Of a stretch of 64,000 nucleotides of DNA, positions 1-15,400 are shown in pieces. Position 1 is the stretch's first letter. Each line of letters begins with the position of its first letter. Both the position numbers and the translations under genes were made by a program. The stretch spans positions 1 to 64,000 of the IMG/VR virus record IMGVR_UViG_3300034200_001443; one strand, given 5' to 3'. The DNA comes from a virus. The notes under the pieces were generated by a model that was not told the DNA's origin, did no database searches, and saw only the letters and a program-made list of their open reading frames with translations.

Positions 1-2425
<2,425 letters not shown>

Positions 2426-2449
2426 AACTAGAGGAATAAGGAGGTATAC

Positions 2450-3151
2450 ATGTCAGTATTAGATTTTCCTAGTAGTCCAACTCTTAATCAAGAGTATACA
2501 AACGGTATTCAAACATATCGCTGGAATGGATCTTCTTGGCGTCTAGTTCGTACTAGCGCTGTAGGACCAACAGGACCAACAGGAGCACCTGGTCTTGATT
2601 CAACTGCTATTGGTGCTACTGGTCCAACTGGGCCAATAGGTGTAACAGGACCAACTGGTCCTGAAGGTGCACCTAGTACTGTAACTGGCCCAACTGGTGC
2701 TACGGGTGCTACTGGAGCATTTGCGTTTACTGCTTGGCAAAACTACACACCTAATTTAACTGGTAGCGTTACAAATCCTGTAATTGGAAATGGAACCGTA
2801 AGCGGAAGATATGTAACGTTGGGAGCCACTGTAATTGGAGAAATTAGAGTTATTGCTGGAACTGTAGGTTTTAATAGAGGTTCTGGTATATACACGGTAA
2901 GCTTACCGACAGCTGGAATATACGAAAATTATCAACCAGTTGGTCAAGTTGTTATGCGCGATGAAGGTCCAGGTATTACTTATTTTGGAACTGCAATTTT
3001 TAATAATAATATTAATAACAGATTAGAACTCTACATTCACTCTCAAAGTGCTACTTTCGATGAAGGCGTTGCAATTACTGAAAGTTCACCGTTTTTGTTT
3101 AGCGCTAACGATAAAATTCTTATTCATTTTCAGTACGAGTCGGCAGTATAG
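2450..3151 (+). CDS. Short collagen-like fibre protein with N-terminal DFP module and C-terminal globular domain
   Basis: [10 protein letters not shown]...YRWNGSSW N-terminus, GPT repeats, gagg RBS upstream. Confidence 0.8.
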   Translation: MSVLDFPSSPTLNQEYTNGIQTYRWNGSSWRLVRTSAVGPTGPTGAPGLDSTAIGATGPTGPIGVTGPTGPEGAPSTVTGPTGATGATGAFAFTAWQNYTPNLTGSVTNPVIGNGTVSGRYVTLGATVIGEIRVIAGTVGFNRGSGIYTVSLPTAGIYENYQPVGQVVMRDEGPGITYFGTAIFNNNINNRLELYIHSQSATFDEGVAITESSPFLFSANDKILIHFQYESAV

Positions 3152-3165
3152 GAAAGGTGAGTTAA

Positions 3166-5052
3166 ATGGCAGCTATAGATTTTCCTAATTCACCTCAAGT
3201 AAACGACACGTTTACTTCTGGCTCTCAAACTTGGATTTGGACTGGTACTTCTTGGAATTTAGTAATTTCACCAGTTATAGGTCCTACAGGTGCCACGGGC
3301 GCTACTGGTGCAGCAAGTAACGTAACAGGTCCAACTGGTGCACAAGGTATTTTTTCAACTGTAGCTGCAACTCCACCAGCTTCACCAGATCTAGGAGATT
3401 CTTGGTTTAATTCAGAAACTGGTCAAATTTTTGTTTATTACGATGATTATTGGGTTGAGTCGGCATCTTCAAATATAGGACCAGCTGGACCAACGGGACC
3501 AACTGGTGCACAAGGAGAAGCCTCTACAGTTTTAGGTCCTACAGGAAATACAGGACCAACAGGAGCAACTGGTCCTCAAGGCAATACTGGCCCAACTGGG
3601 GCTTCAGTTACTGGTGCAACGGGAGCTACTGGAGCGCAAGGACCAACTGGTGTAAGAGGTTTTAAAGGTGATACTGGGGATAGAGGACCCACAGGTCCTG
3701 TAGGTCCAGTAGGACCGACTGGATCTCAAGGTGCGGTTGGAGATACAGGTCCTATAGGTTTACAAGGTTCTTCTGGTCCTACAGGACCAACAGGTCCTAG
3801 AGGTTTCGTTGGTCCTACTGGTGCACCAGGCTCTACTGGTGCTACTGGCCCAGCTATTACAGGTCCAACTGGCGCAACTGGTTCACAAGGACCAGCAGGT
3901 GGTCCAACAGGTCCAACAGGTGCTACTGGTGCACAAGGAATTACTGGTCCACAAGGAGATGTAGGTCTTCGTGGTGCTACTGGACCTACAGGTCAACAAG
4001 GTGCTGCATCTACCGTTCCTGGTCCGCAGGGGCCCACAGGTCCTCAAGGTATTCAAGGTGTTACAGGTCCCGCTTCAACTGTTGCAGGTCCTCAAGGTCC
4101 TCAAGGTCCTCAAGGAATTACTGGACCTATAGGTCCAACTGGAGCTAATTACACAAACACAACTTCATCAACTTCTCGTTTGATGAGTACTGGAAATATT
4201 CTTTTCACAGTTAACGCTGTAAATGCATACATTGTTGGAAACAGAGTTCGCATATTTAACTCTACAGCTCCAACAATTTTTCTTGAAGGTGTAATTATTA
4301 CTATTACAGGAAATGATGTAACTGTAAATATTGATCTTGTAAATGGTAGTGGAACATATAACACATGGCGTTTCTCTCTTGCAGGTGAAAAAGGTCAAAG
4401 AGGAGATACAGGTCCTCAAGGTACTTCAATAACATTTAGAGGATCATCTGCAACTGTAGGACTACTACCTACAGCTGGAAACTTAGTTAATGATGCTCGT
4501 ATTGTTGATTCTGATGGCGATCTTTATGTGTGGGGAGGATCATCTTGGACAAGTGTAGGACAGATTGTTGGCCCTCAAGGTCCGAGAGGCGATACTGGGC
4601 CACAAGGTAACTCTATTGTCGGTCCTGCAGGTCCAACTGGAGCTGATTCATCTGTCCCAGGTCCTCAGGGTCCTCAAGGTTTACAAGGTCCTACTGGTTC
4701 AACTGGAGACACTGGCCCTACAGGTCCAGCATTTTTTAACTTAACTGGTACTCAATATCTAGCTTCTACCACTTTAGGTTCTTCAGATAGAGCTACTTTA
4801 GTAAGAATGAATAGTTCTAGTTTAATGACTTTAACGGTGCCTTTGGATGGAAGTGGTGGATATACTTTTGAAACTGGTACTCAAATAGTTGTTGTACAGC
4901 TAGGAGTAGGTCAAGTTAATATAGTTCCAGCAGCAGGAGTTTCTATTGTAAGTGAAGGATCTAGATTTACAACTAAAGCTAGATATGCACCTGCATCACT
5001 AATTAAGCTAGGAACTAATCAATGGCTTTTAACTGGAAATTTAACGGTGTAA
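3166..5052 (+). CDS. Long collagen-like fibre protein
   Basis: MAAIDFP N-terminal module, long GPT/GPQ runs, C-terminal domain 'TLTVP...F..GTQ...QLG.GQV...L.K...NQW.L.G.L' shared with 18651..20588. Confidence 0.85.
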   Translation: MAAIDFPNSPQVNDTFTSGSQTWIWTGTSWNLVISPVIGPTGATGATGAASNVTGPTGAQGIFSTVAATPPASPDLGDSWFNSETGQIFVYYDDYWVESASSNIGPAGPTGPTGAQGEASTVLGPTGNTGPTGATGPQGNTGPTGASVTGATGATGAQGPTGVRGFKGDTGDRGPTGPVGPVGPTGSQGAVGDTGPIGLQGSSGPTGPTGPRGFVGPTGAPGSTGATGPAITGPTGATGSQGPAGGPTGPTGATGAQGITGPQGDVGLRGATGPTGQQGAASTVPGPQGPTGPQGIQGVTGPASTVAGPQGPQGPQGITGPIGPTGANYTNTTSSTSRLMSTGNILFTVNAVNAYIVGNRVRIFNSTAPTIFLEGVIITITGNDVTVNIDLVNGSGTYNTWRFSLAGEKGQRGDTGPQGTSITFRGSSATVGLLPTAGNLVNDARIVDSDGDLYVWGGSSWTSVGQIVGPQGPRGDTGPQGNSIVGPAGPTGADSSVPGPQGPQGLQGPTGSTGDTGPTGPAFFNLTGTQYLASTTLGSSDRATLVRMNSSSLMTLTVPLDGSGGYTFETGTQIVVVQLGVGQVNIVPAAGVSIVSEGSRFTTKARYAPASLIKLGTNQWLLTGNLTV

Positions 5053-5053
5053 T

Positions 5054-5971
5054 GTGCTTATTTCCCTTCATTCAATTAGTGCTACTCTCTTTTTCCCTTT
5101 TACTCCAGCAGGGTGGCAGCAAGTAGAGTTAACTTCTTTTGGTTTAACTAACATAAATGCAATTCATTACACAGCTTCAGAAAATTTATATTTAGCTGCT
5201 GGAAACTCTGGAAAACTTGCTACATCTTTAGACACCCAAAATTGGACTCAAAGAGAAACTAATTTTAATGAAAGCAGTATATACGCTATTGCTTATGGGA
5301 ACAATCAATATATAATTGGTGGAAGCTCTGGAAAATTAGCAACTTCTCCAGATGGAGTAAATTGGACACAAAGATCTTCTGGTTTTGGAGCAACACCTAT
5401 TCTTGCAATTACATATTCTCCTAGTGCATCTTTATGGGTAGCTGCAGGAGGATCTGGAAAGTTAGCTACATCTGTAGATGGTATTAATTGGATTTTAAGG
5501 GCTTCCTCTTTTGGGACAAGTTTTATAAATGGACTTGCCGCATCAAATAGCTTAATTACAGCGGTAGGTTATGATGGAAAACTTGCAACATCTAGTAATG
5601 GAACTACATGGACTCAAAGAACTTCTAGCTTTGGAACTAGCAGTATTTTTGCTATAACATCTTCTGAAAATGGACTCTTTTTTGCTGGTGGAGAAGTTGG
5701 AAAGTTTGCAACGTCTAGTAATGGAATTACATGGACTCAAACATTTCCCACAAGTAGTTTTGGATCATCTACAGTTAGAGCTGTTTCAGTTTCTGCAGAT
5801 GGTACATATATAGCTGGTGGAGCTAGTGGTAAAGTAGCTACCTCATCTGACGGAGTTTCGTGGATTCAAAGAAATAGCCAGTTTGGAACTTCTATTATTA
5901 ATGGTGTCTTTATTGACAATAACAATGCCCTAGCTGTAGGCGCATCTGGAAAAATTAGTTACTCGGCGTAA
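5054..5971 (+). CDS. Beta-propeller protein with about 42-aa BNR/Asp-box-like repeats, probable adhesin
   Basis: About seven repeats of 'G..GKLATS.DG..WTQR.S.FG.S.I'. Confidence 0.75.
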   Translation: MLISLHSISATLFFPFTPAGWQQVELTSFGLTNINAIHYTASENLYLAAGNSGKLATSLDTQNWTQRETNFNESSIYAIAYGNNQYIIGGSSGKLATSPDGVNWTQRSSGFGATPILAITYSPSASLWVAAGGSGKLATSVDGINWILRASSFGTSFINGLAASNSLITAVGYDGKLATSSNGTTWTQRTSSFGTSSIFAITSSENGLFFAGGEVGKFATSSNGITWTQTFPTSSFGSSTVRAVSVSADGTYIAGGASGKVATSSDGVSWIQRNSQFGTSIINGVFIDNNNALAVGASGKISYSA

Positions 5972-5985
5972 AGGAGAGATAGATA

Positions 5986-6156
5986 ATGTTTTCTTATACA
6001 ATTATTGCTGAAAATGGACCTTTAGTTCAAATTTTTTACAGTGACAACGTAATTGATGAAAGTGGCCCTTGGGAATCTTTAGAGTCAGCAACAAACTGGG
6101 CTTCAGCTTATGTAAATAAGCTTAACTCTGGAGCTGTAGAACCACAACTAGATTAA
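5986..6156 (+). CDS. Small hypothetical protein (56 aa), absent from the ORF track
   Basis: MFSYTIIAENGPLVQIFYSDNVIDESGPWESLESATNWASAYVNKLNSGAVEPQLD*, preceded by aaggagag RBS; fills the gap between two + genes. Confidence 0.75.
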   Translation: MFSYTIIAENGPLVQIFYSDNVIDESGPWESLESATNWASAYVNKLNSGAVEPQLD

Positions 6157-6197
6157 TAATTATAGAAGTACAATAGGAAAAGAAAGGACGGACCTAA

Positions 6198-6848
6198 GTG
6201 GCAGCAATTGATTTTCCCACACCAGCAGTCGTAGGTGAAGAGTATACGGCTAACGGTCAAACCTGGGTCTGGACTGGAGTTTATTGGGAAGCTCTTCGTG
6301 TCACACCTACTGGCCCTACTGGACCGCAAGGTATTCAAGGCCCTACTGGAGCAACTGGAGCTCAAGGTGCAACAGGTGCACAAGGTATTCAAGGCCCTAC
6401 TGGACCAGTTTCAGATGTAGCTGGCCCAACAGGACCTCAAGGTGTACAAGGTGTAATAGGTCTTACTGGACCACAAGGAATACAAGGCGATCCAGGTGAT
6501 ACTGGCCCTACAGGACCTACTGGTGCAGATTCAAGTGTTCCGGGTCCACAAGGACCTACAGGCCCTCGCGGTCAAACAGGAGCTTCTGGACCAACAGGAG
6601 CACAGTCTGAAGTTCCAGGCCCAACTGGACCAACAGGTCCTGTAGGTAAATTTCAAGCAAGCCCTCAACAGCCAAGCTTACTTACAGCAGTTAATGGAGA
6701 TGTTTGGTTTGATACTCAAACTGCAAAAACTTATGTTTTTTTCGAAGGTGTTTTTGTTGAAACTTCTAGCGGATCTCAAGGTGTCACTGGCCCTACAGGT
6801 GGAGCTGGTTCATATAAAATAACTACATCTTGGTGGCTTGGTGTATAA
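6198..6848 (+). CDS. Collagen-like fibre protein with N-terminal DFP module
   Basis: GTG start, MAAIDFPTP...WVWTG N-terminus, GPT/GPQ repeats, GDVWFD module. Confidence 0.85.
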   Translation: MAAIDFPTPAVVGEEYTANGQTWVWTGVYWEALRVTPTGPTGPQGIQGPTGATGAQGATGAQGIQGPTGPVSDVAGPTGPQGVQGVIGLTGPQGIQGDPGDTGPTGPTGADSSVPGPQGPTGPRGQTGASGPTGAQSEVPGPTGPTGPVGKFQASPQQPSLLTAVNGDVWFDTQTAKTYVFFEGVFVETSSGSQGVTGPTGGAGSYKITTSWWLGV

Positions 6849-6867
6849 TTTAGAAAAGTTACTAAGC

Positions 6868-6881
6868 GTTTTTATAAAAAC
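6868..6881. promoter_or_regulatory. 14-bp perfect palindrome in intergenic gap, possible operator
   Basis: gtttttataaaaac upstream of 6918; AT-rich, so it may be chance. Confidence 0.25.
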
Positions 6882-6917
6882 TATGACTCACTACGTTTTT
6901 GAAAGAGGTACTCGCTA

Positions 6918-9392
6918 ATGCCAGGTTTTCTAGGTGGTAGCTCTGGAGGTAGCTCAACTGGCGGAGAAATTAATTTTCCAAAAGAGTTTATTGACCCAGT
7001 AACTAAACTTCGTGTATCTGAGCCTGAAAACCTCATTGATACCGACTTTGAGTATGGTCTACAGCCTACTAAGTGGGAAACAGTAGAGCTTATTAATAAC
7101 ACCCCATCGTTCTTTTCTAAGAGCGGTGATACCACTATTCCAAATATTTCCTCTATGACAACTATTACAGGTTCTAGAGAGGTTACCGTTAGAACATCTT
7201 TGGACCACGGGCTTGCGGTTGGAACTCCTATAAATGTTAGCGGTTCAAAGGCTATTACCGCCGATGGTTCATATATCATCAACTCAATTCCTAATACTAG
7301 AGCTTTTACATATTTAGCTAGAGAAACTCAGCCTCAAACTCAAAACATTGAAGATCTTTATACAGCAATTATTACTGGTGAATTTTTTCAAGGCTCTCAA
7401 ATTAAAATATCTGACGCTCGTGGTGTAGAAACAGATAATCAAGCTATATCAACATTGACTGTCCAAACAGATAGTCCTCATGGTTTTGGGCCCAATACTC
7501 CTCTTTATTTTCTAAATCTTAACTCTACAATTACACAGGAATTTGATTCAACGAATACTGAAGCAAAATCTTTTGATGCTTCTAATAACGTTACTGCTCG
7601 TACATTTGATGGATCTAATACATCTTCAAGAGTGGTTCAAAATTTTAATAACACATATACAAGTAGTCCTATAACTGTTGCTAGTTCTGTAAGCGGTGTG
7701 GATACAGTAAATAATACAATTACAGTAAGTCATACTACGGAAAACTTTAATGGTAGAAAAATAGGACAGCCTTTAACATATGCAGTAACCGCTGGTGACG
7801 GATATTTTTTAACTAACCCTAGAGGCATTGTCTTTTTAAAAAGCGATACTCAACTAGGAACATCAAGCTCTACTTTTCAAGTCAGTGCCACACCTAATGG
7901 TGCATTTATACCTATTACTTCTAATATTTCAGGAACCTTTCAATTAGCTGATCTTGTAGCAAATTTTGCTGGTAACAACTTAGATACTATAAATCAAACA
8001 AGTATAAATCTTATAAAAGGTACAGAATTTGAGTTTGACGGAGATAATTCTGCAGGATCAACTTTTACAGTTCAACTTATTTCTGGCTTAGGAAATATTC
8101 AGATGACTCAGAACACAAACTGGGCAGCTGGTCAAATGGTTTTATATACTTCAACTGGCTCAGCAGCATCTGGTTTAACTAACAATACAACTTATTGGGT
8201 AGTTGCCTTAAACGCTCAAACTAATATTATTAACATATCTGATTCTCCAGGCGGAGGTGTTCTTTCAGCAATTTCTGGAGGATCTGGAACTCAAACATTT
8301 CAAGCAATTAGCGTTTCTTTAGACAGAGATGTTATTGCAATTCCAGGACACAATTTTGAAGAAGCCGATATGGTTAGATATGAATATCCAGTAGATGGAA
8401 AATTTGGTGTTACTGGAACCGGGTCTACAAATGATTATTTCTTTGTAGAAAGAGTTTATGACTCTACTCATATATCTTTAGGTAGAACAAGAGGTTTCTT
8501 ACTTGACGGAACAACAGAAGCTAGAGCTGCTGCAAGCGCACAAGCAATTAAAACTATAAATCCATCTGCCGCAGACGGTGCTTACTGGATTAAGCCAGCT
8601 GGAACTTCTACAGCATATTTAACATACTGCAATTTCTCTTTGGAGAGTGGTGGATGGACACAAATTATGAAACTTTCCACAACCACACTTCAAACAAACT
8701 CAATTACTTCTGGTTTAGCCCCTCAAAGTGGTGCTGGATTTACTTTTGGCCCTCACTGGAACGGCTGGGCGTGGAATAATGATACAGATTTTACTACCTT
8801 GTTCCCGTTAGTAAATAACTCTAATTTTACTGATATAGATTCTTTTAGTCCATTATTCTACAAACTTCCATTTAATGATGTTATGGTTGTATCTGTAAAT
8901 GCAACAGCTAACAGGCTTGGATGGCGCCACAACTCTACTATTCCAAGTATGCGTACAGTCACTGGAGCTACAAATCTATCTACATTAGGTGACCAATGGT
9001 TATTCCCATCAGTGGCTACATCCGAGTATGCATGGAATAGAAGACTTCAAGTAGTTGCCTCAGTTAATACTGCAACTTTAGTTACTGGAACTCCTCGATT
9101 TGGATTTAAAGTAGTAACAGATTATTCAAATACTTATGCTGCAGGAACTTTAAATACTTACGTTACTGGCGGTTACAGCAACGTTTCTTCAGAAAATAGA
9201 ACTGGTTATGGAATGGCTATGCTAGGTGTTGGTGGAACCAATACTACTGCAACCTCAGCTTTTGGTGGAGGAATTGGATTTGTATATAGCGGAAACTTAA
9301 CTTTTAGAGGTCATGGCGTGTTTAACAACACCTCTACTTCTGGCGGTACAAGCAATAGAACTTTCACTGGTCTAGCGGTTTTCGTTAGATAG
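6918..9392 (+). CDS. Large virion structural protein with His-Gly repeat domains and a C-terminal fibrinogen-like region
   Basis: KLRVSEPENLIDTDFEYG N-terminus; 'HGLAVG..I.VSG...DGSYII...FTY' domain; 'DGAYWIKP...YCNFSLESGGWT' resembles the start of a fibrinogen C-terminal domain. Confidence 0.7.
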   Translation: MPGFLGGSSGGSSTGGEINFPKEFIDPVTKLRVSEPENLIDTDFEYGLQPTKWETVELINNTPSFFSKSGDTTIPNISSMTTITGSREVTVRTSLDHGLAVGTPINVSGSKAITADGSYIINSIPNTRAFTYLARETQPQTQNIEDLYTAIITGEFFQGSQIKISDARGVETDNQAISTLTVQTDSPHGFGPNTPLYFLNLNSTITQEFDSTNTEAKSFDASNNVTARTFDGSNTSSRVVQNFNNTYTSSPITVASSVSGVDTVNNTITVSHTTENFNGRKIGQPLTYAVTAGDGYFLTNPRGIVFLKSDTQLGTSSSTFQVSATPNGAFIPITSNISGTFQLADLVANFAGNNLDTINQTSINLIKGTEFEFDGDNSAGSTFTVQLISGLGNIQMTQNTNWAAGQMVLYTSTGSAASGLTNNTTYWVVALNAQTNIINISDSPGGGVLSAISGGSGTQTFQAISVSLDRDVIAIPGHNFEEADMVRYEYPVDGKFGVTGTGSTNDYFFVERVYDSTHISLGRTRGFLLDGTTEARAAASAQAIKTINPSAADGAYWIKPAGTSTAYLTYCNFSLESGGWTQIMKLSTTTLQTNSITSGLAPQSGAGFTFGPHWNGWAWNNDTDFTTLFPLVNNSNFTDIDSFSPLFYKLPFNDVMVVSVNATANRLGWRHNSTIPSMRTVTGATNLSTLGDQWLFPSVATSEYAWNRRLQVVASVNTATLVTGTPRFGFKVVTDYSNTYAAGTLNTYVTGGYSNVSSENRTGYGMAMLGVGGTNTTATSAFGGGIGFVYSGNLTFRGHGVFNNTSTSGGTSNRTFTGLAVFVR

Positions 9393-9426
9393 TAAAATTA
9401 GATTACTAAAAAGGAGTAGAAACTAG

Positions 9427-12400
9427 ATGCCAATTAATATAACCGCCGTAGGTGGCTCTGGTACCCATACCCTTCAAAAGGTAAATGTAAACCTTGAAGA
9501 AGATTACATTTATTTTGCTAGAAGAGACTCTATTACAGCTTTTCCATCAAATATAACAGACGATAGCGCTTGGGTCTATAGAGATGGATCTGCAGATATA
9601 TCAGGTTTAACTACAAACACTGTTTATTATACTAACACTGACGCATACACAATTGGATTTGCTTCTACTCAAGGTGGATCAAATATAGATCTTACAGAGT
9701 ACACTGTCGGTTCTGTAACTCTTAACTATCCAAATGTTTTTGACAATTCATTTAATATTTCTTCTGTTAAGTACGACAATCAGCAAGCAGTAAGGTATTT
9801 AACAGACTCTACACCTATTACAGGTCTAACTTCTGGATCAGTTTATTATGTAAAAAATCAGTTGACAGGTCTTGGCGGCAGCGCACTTTATGAATTTACT
9901 ACTTTTGATTTTACTTCTGCAGGTGTGACTGGACGATTTGGTCCAACTATAGAACAGCTTAGAACATCTTATAGCTCTGCTGCTTGGAGAAACACATACC
10001 TTTCACAGGGTTCATTCCAAGGCTATCAAGATTGGATAGTTCCAGAAGATGGTGTTTATGAGTTTAACGTAAAAGGCGCTCCAGGTCGCCAAGGTCGTGC
10101 TCTTGGTGGCGGTGGCTCAATTATTCGAGGTCGTGTTCGTTTAATTAAAGGCGAAACAATTACTATTGTAGTTGGACAAAGAGGAGAGCTTCCTGCATCT
10201 GGAAACACTTGGCCAGGATCTTCTGGTGCATCATGGGTTGTCCGTAAAAGTGGAAACATTCCTTTATTTGTAGCTGGTGGAGGTTCTTCATCTGGCAACA
10301 CAACATCAGGACTAAATGCTGTAACTACTTCAAATGGTGGAACCTCAAGCACAGGTCAGCTTGGTGGAACAAACGGTAACGGTGGCCCATCTAATGCAAT
10401 TGGTGGTGCTGGTGGAGGTTTCTTATCAAATGGTGGAAACGGTACTCAAGTAACTGGACCACATGCAGGAGGCGGCGGTATTGGTTTCCCATCTGGTCTA
10501 GCTGGTGGTCTTAGAAGTCAAGACAGTACTGCTTCTGGTAATGGTGGTTTTGGTGGCGGCGGTGGAGGTAATAACTCTACTGGTTCTTCTGGCGGTGCTG
10601 GAGGTTATTCAGGCGGAGCTGCTAATACTAACACTGCTAATACTGTAGGTGGCGGTGGTGGTTCATTTATATTTGCTACTGCTACAAATATTGGTACATC
10701 AAATGGTTTATATAACGGATCTGCAACTATTCTCGGGCAAAGTATTTCAAACTTAGCTCAATTTAATACTGGAGATGTTGAAGGTTCAGTTTCTGTAACT
10801 TTAGTAGAGCGTTCAGTATTCGGTTTTAAAATCTATGCAACACCTTCAAACGCAGAATCAGATACAGATCCAATTGCAATCGCTCCAGCTGGTTCTCAAT
10901 ACCATGCATTAGTACCTTTAAGAGTAGATTTCGAGCTTAATAAAGTAAACACTCTAACCCCTCATGGACTTCTTGAAGGAGAAGCTGTTCAATACTTCTT
11001 TACTGGAACAGCGCTAGGCGGCTTAAATAATACAGATGTTTATTATGTAGATCGTATTGATGACTACAGTTACAAACTAAGTTTAACTCCAGATCCTAAT
11101 TTTACTGAAATAAATTTAACTACTGAAGCTAATGCTACAAATCAAGGTTTAAGTAGAGTTATTGTAAATACTGCAACAAATGTTATTACAATTAATAACC
11201 ACGGTTTTCTTGTAGATCAGCCAGTAAGATATTCTTCTGGTTCTGGAAACACCATTACTCCACTACAAAACAACTCTACTTACTATATTAAAGAAGTATT
11301 AGATGCAAATAGATTTACACTTTCTCAATCTCTGCAAGGACCTGTAATAGATTTTACTTCTGTAGGAACTGGAACTAACCACAGCTTTATTCTTACAGTT
11401 GTTAATGATCTTGAAGACTCTTTATATATTCCTACACATGGATATGTGTCAGGTCAAACAGTTAGATATCAAAAATCAAGAGATTTTGTAATAACAACAA
11501 TTTCTTCTTCTACAACTACTAGAATTATAAACACATCCGAGCCGCACGGAATTCAAGTAGGATCAAGAGTAACTTTAGACGGCTTTGCTCGTCCTAACGC
11601 AACTGCAGTTACTCCTATTACTATTACAAGAACTGCCAGCTCTGGTCAAACTAGATCTTTAACTCTTGCAAGTAATCACAGTTATTCAGCTGGTATGTAT
11701 GTTCAGATTTCAGGATTTACTGGAACTAATGCAACTAGATTTAATGGAATTTATATTCTTACTGTAGCTAGCGGAAACACTCTTTCTTATACTGCAGAAG
11801 AAAGCGTATCTATCACTGATGGAGCAGTTACTGGAAACTTTACTATTGTTCGTCGTCCTGATCTAGAAATGCTTGAGCATACAAGAATACTTAATGTTAG
11901 ATCTATTGCTTCTTCTGGAACAACCAGAACTATTATTACAAACGAACCACACTACTACTCAACAGGTCAGTTTGTTTGGATTCAAGGAATTTCTGGAAAC
12001 GTATCTGGCATTCAAGATGACATTGGTGAGTACTTTAATGGAGTATTTGCTATTAGCGCTACAAGTGGAACAAACCAGTTCTCATATGTAGCTTCTCATG
12101 AAGGAACTCCTTCAAATCTACAGCCAAGCATTACCTTTACAACTATTCCTGTGGGAACTCTTGGGGTTAATGCTTCAGGAACTGTTTATAGAGAACAAAT
12201 TGTTACTTCAGTAAGCTCTACACAGCTTCAATACTCAATGCCGTCATCAAGCTTAACTTTTGGCCCAGAAACAGCTATTGGCCGTGTTTCAAAGATTGGC
12301 GTAAGAATAAATAACAGAAATCTTGGTGTTAGCAGGTTTGGAGAAACTTCTAATATTGCATCAATTACCACAGATGTTAATCATGATTTAGCTGTAGGAG

Positions 12401-15400
12401 ATAGATTTACTGTACAGACATTAGTTGGTGGAACTAACGCTAACCAAGATGTGTTCCATGGAACTTACAGAGCTCTAACTGGTTCAAGTGGAACAACACT
12501 ACTTTATACACCAGAGATTAAAACTGTAAATATTTTAGATAGAAGACTTACAGGAAGTACAAATAATATTATTAATCTAACTACACCGCACGATTTTATT
12601 GCTGGTAATTTTGTGTATCTAGAGAATAACAATAGCGATTCAAATGGATTTAATGCAACTTACTGGAATAATAAAGTAAACATTATTAGTCGTGAAAGTA
12701 CGTCTACAACTAGAACTATTAACACAGACAATCCACACTTTTATTCAGTTGGAGATCGTATAAAGATTTCTAATGTAACAGGAGACAATGCTAGCGATTT
12801 CATAGGAGAGTACACCGTTGCATCTATCCCAACCACTACACAATTCACATACACTGCTGTTAATGCTTTAAATACTGCACTTTTAACTATAACTGGAGTT
12901 TCTGAAAAAGCATTTCCTATAGCTACAGTCCCAGCTTTCTCTGTTTCTAACAGAAGTAGAGTTGGAACCGTTGCAGATATAACAACTTCTGCAAACCACG
13001 ATTTACTTGTTGGAGAAACTGTAAGACTAGATAACGTTACTGTAGGAGGAGTTCTTCAACCAGAATTTATTGGTGATTTTGTTATTACTGGAGTTCCAGC
13101 TGCTAACAGATTTACTTTTACAACTGCTACTACTGGAACAATAACTGCTGCTGTAGCATCTGGAACTATTGTTGCTGTAAATCAGATTCGCTATACAGGT
13201 CCTACATATACAAGAACTTTATCTGCAAGACAGCTAATTTCTAATACAGTTGCTAGCTTTACTACAACTTTTGATCACTATCTATCTCCAGGCACAACTG
13301 TAACTATTTCTTCAATATCTGGAAATCAACAGTCAGTGTTCAACGGAACATGGGTAATTGCATCAACTCCAACAGCTAGAACATTTACTGTAACTAGACC
13401 TCAACAAGCAGGTGTTACAACATTTAGCATTACAACTCGTCAAAGAACTTTAAATGTTGCTCGTATAACTACATCAGCTAGCCACACTTTAAAAGCTGGA
13501 GATATTATTAGCATCAACAGCATTACTGGTGCAGATGCCGATCAATTTAACGGAACTCATACAGTTTCTACTGTAATAAGTGCTACAGTATTTGAGTTCT
13601 TTACTTTAGCTTCTGCAAATATTACTTCCGCTTCAGTTACTGGAAACATGCTTATAGAGCAACTAGTTTCAGAAAACGTATCTGGAACAGTAACTTTAAA
13701 CACTATTCCTAGAGTAAACGCTACAGCAGGAAATCTTAAGCTTAGAGAAGTTCCTGCTTCTGCATTAGTTGGAGAACTTGTAACTGACACTAAGATTAGT
13801 GGCTTAGAGAATCAAAGAATTTATTATATTCAAAGAGTAGATGCAAATACAGTTAGATTATTTAATGACATAACTTTATTAAGCTCTACAAATATTTCTT
13901 CCGTAGGTATTGGTACCCATGCTCTAGTAACCTTCTCAGTTAATTTTAATGACAACACTATAACTATTCCTAACAACGGATTTAGCCTTGGCGAGCTTGT
14001 CGAGTATGACAGCGTAGGTCAAACTGTTATTAGCGGATTAACTAGCGGTACTCCATACTATATTATTCCTGTAAACGGAAACACATTTAAACTTGCAACA
14101 TCATCATCAAATGCTGAAAACAATGTTGCTATAGATCTTGTAGATTCCCCTGCACCAGTTGGAAGACAAAAACTTAAGTCTTTAATTAGAACACCAGACG
14201 GAACTTATGTAATTAGTGATATTGTAGATGCTAATACATTTGAAGTTACTGCAGCTGGAACTGTCCCAGAAATTGTAAAAATATTCAACCCAAGAACATC
14301 TTTAGATATTACACAGAACATTATAAAAGTTGTTTCTCATGGCTTTAATACAGGTACAGAAGTTACTTACTCAAATGGTGGCGGTACAGACATTCAAGGT
14401 CTTGTAGATGACACTCACTATTATGTAATTGTTGTTAATAAAGACTGGATTCGTTTAGCTGAAACAGAAGAAGATGCTAGTTCTGGTGTAGTTTTAACCT
14501 TATCAAGTTTTGGTGCTGGACTTGCTCACACACTTACCAGCGTTCAAATTAATGGACAGATTACTGGAACTGGAACTGTAACTACTACATCTGGTTCAGT
14601 ACTCGTTAACGGTTCTGGAACTTCATTTTCTAAGATTCTTAAGGTGGGAGATAGACTCCGTCTATTCCCAACAGATACAACAACTCCAGCATATTTTGCT
14701 TCTACAGATATAAACACTTCAACTGAAAATATAACTGTTGCTGCCCATCCTTTTGTTACTGGAGATGCCGTTTCATTTAATCCAGGAACTGGCGGACCTA
14801 TTCGTCAAATTTTCCGTATCAGCAAGTCTGGTCAAACAGTGACAATTGTAACTCGTGAACCTCACGGATATTCAACATCAAATACTGCAACTATTTCTGG
14901 TTTAAGTAATGCCAGCGCCGCATCAGAATTTAATGGTACTTACACAATAACTGTGTCTGATACTTTTACATTCACATATACTCATCCAGTATCTATTGCT
15001 AGCGCTATTACAAACGAGTATCAAACTTCTGGAACTGTACAAACAACAGGAGCTGGTGGTGTTGCACCTAACCCTCTAGTCTCTAATTACTACTATTTCG
15101 TAAGATCTATTCCATTTACAACAACTGCAACCGTATCTAACAGAAGAAGATTTACTTTAAATGGTTTTACATATCTTGAGTTTACTACTTCAGCAAACCA
15201 CAACTTAAGAGCTGGTAACACATTCACAGTATCTGGAATTGGCGGAGTTAATCCAGAAGTATTTAATGGAGCTTGGACAGTTCATCAAGTAACTTCAGCT
15301 ACTGTAGTAACTGTAAATGTTCCAGTAGCTGGAGATATTGCTCTTGGAACACCTGTAATAGGTGGAACATTAACTCCTACAACAAGTAACTCACTAACAC

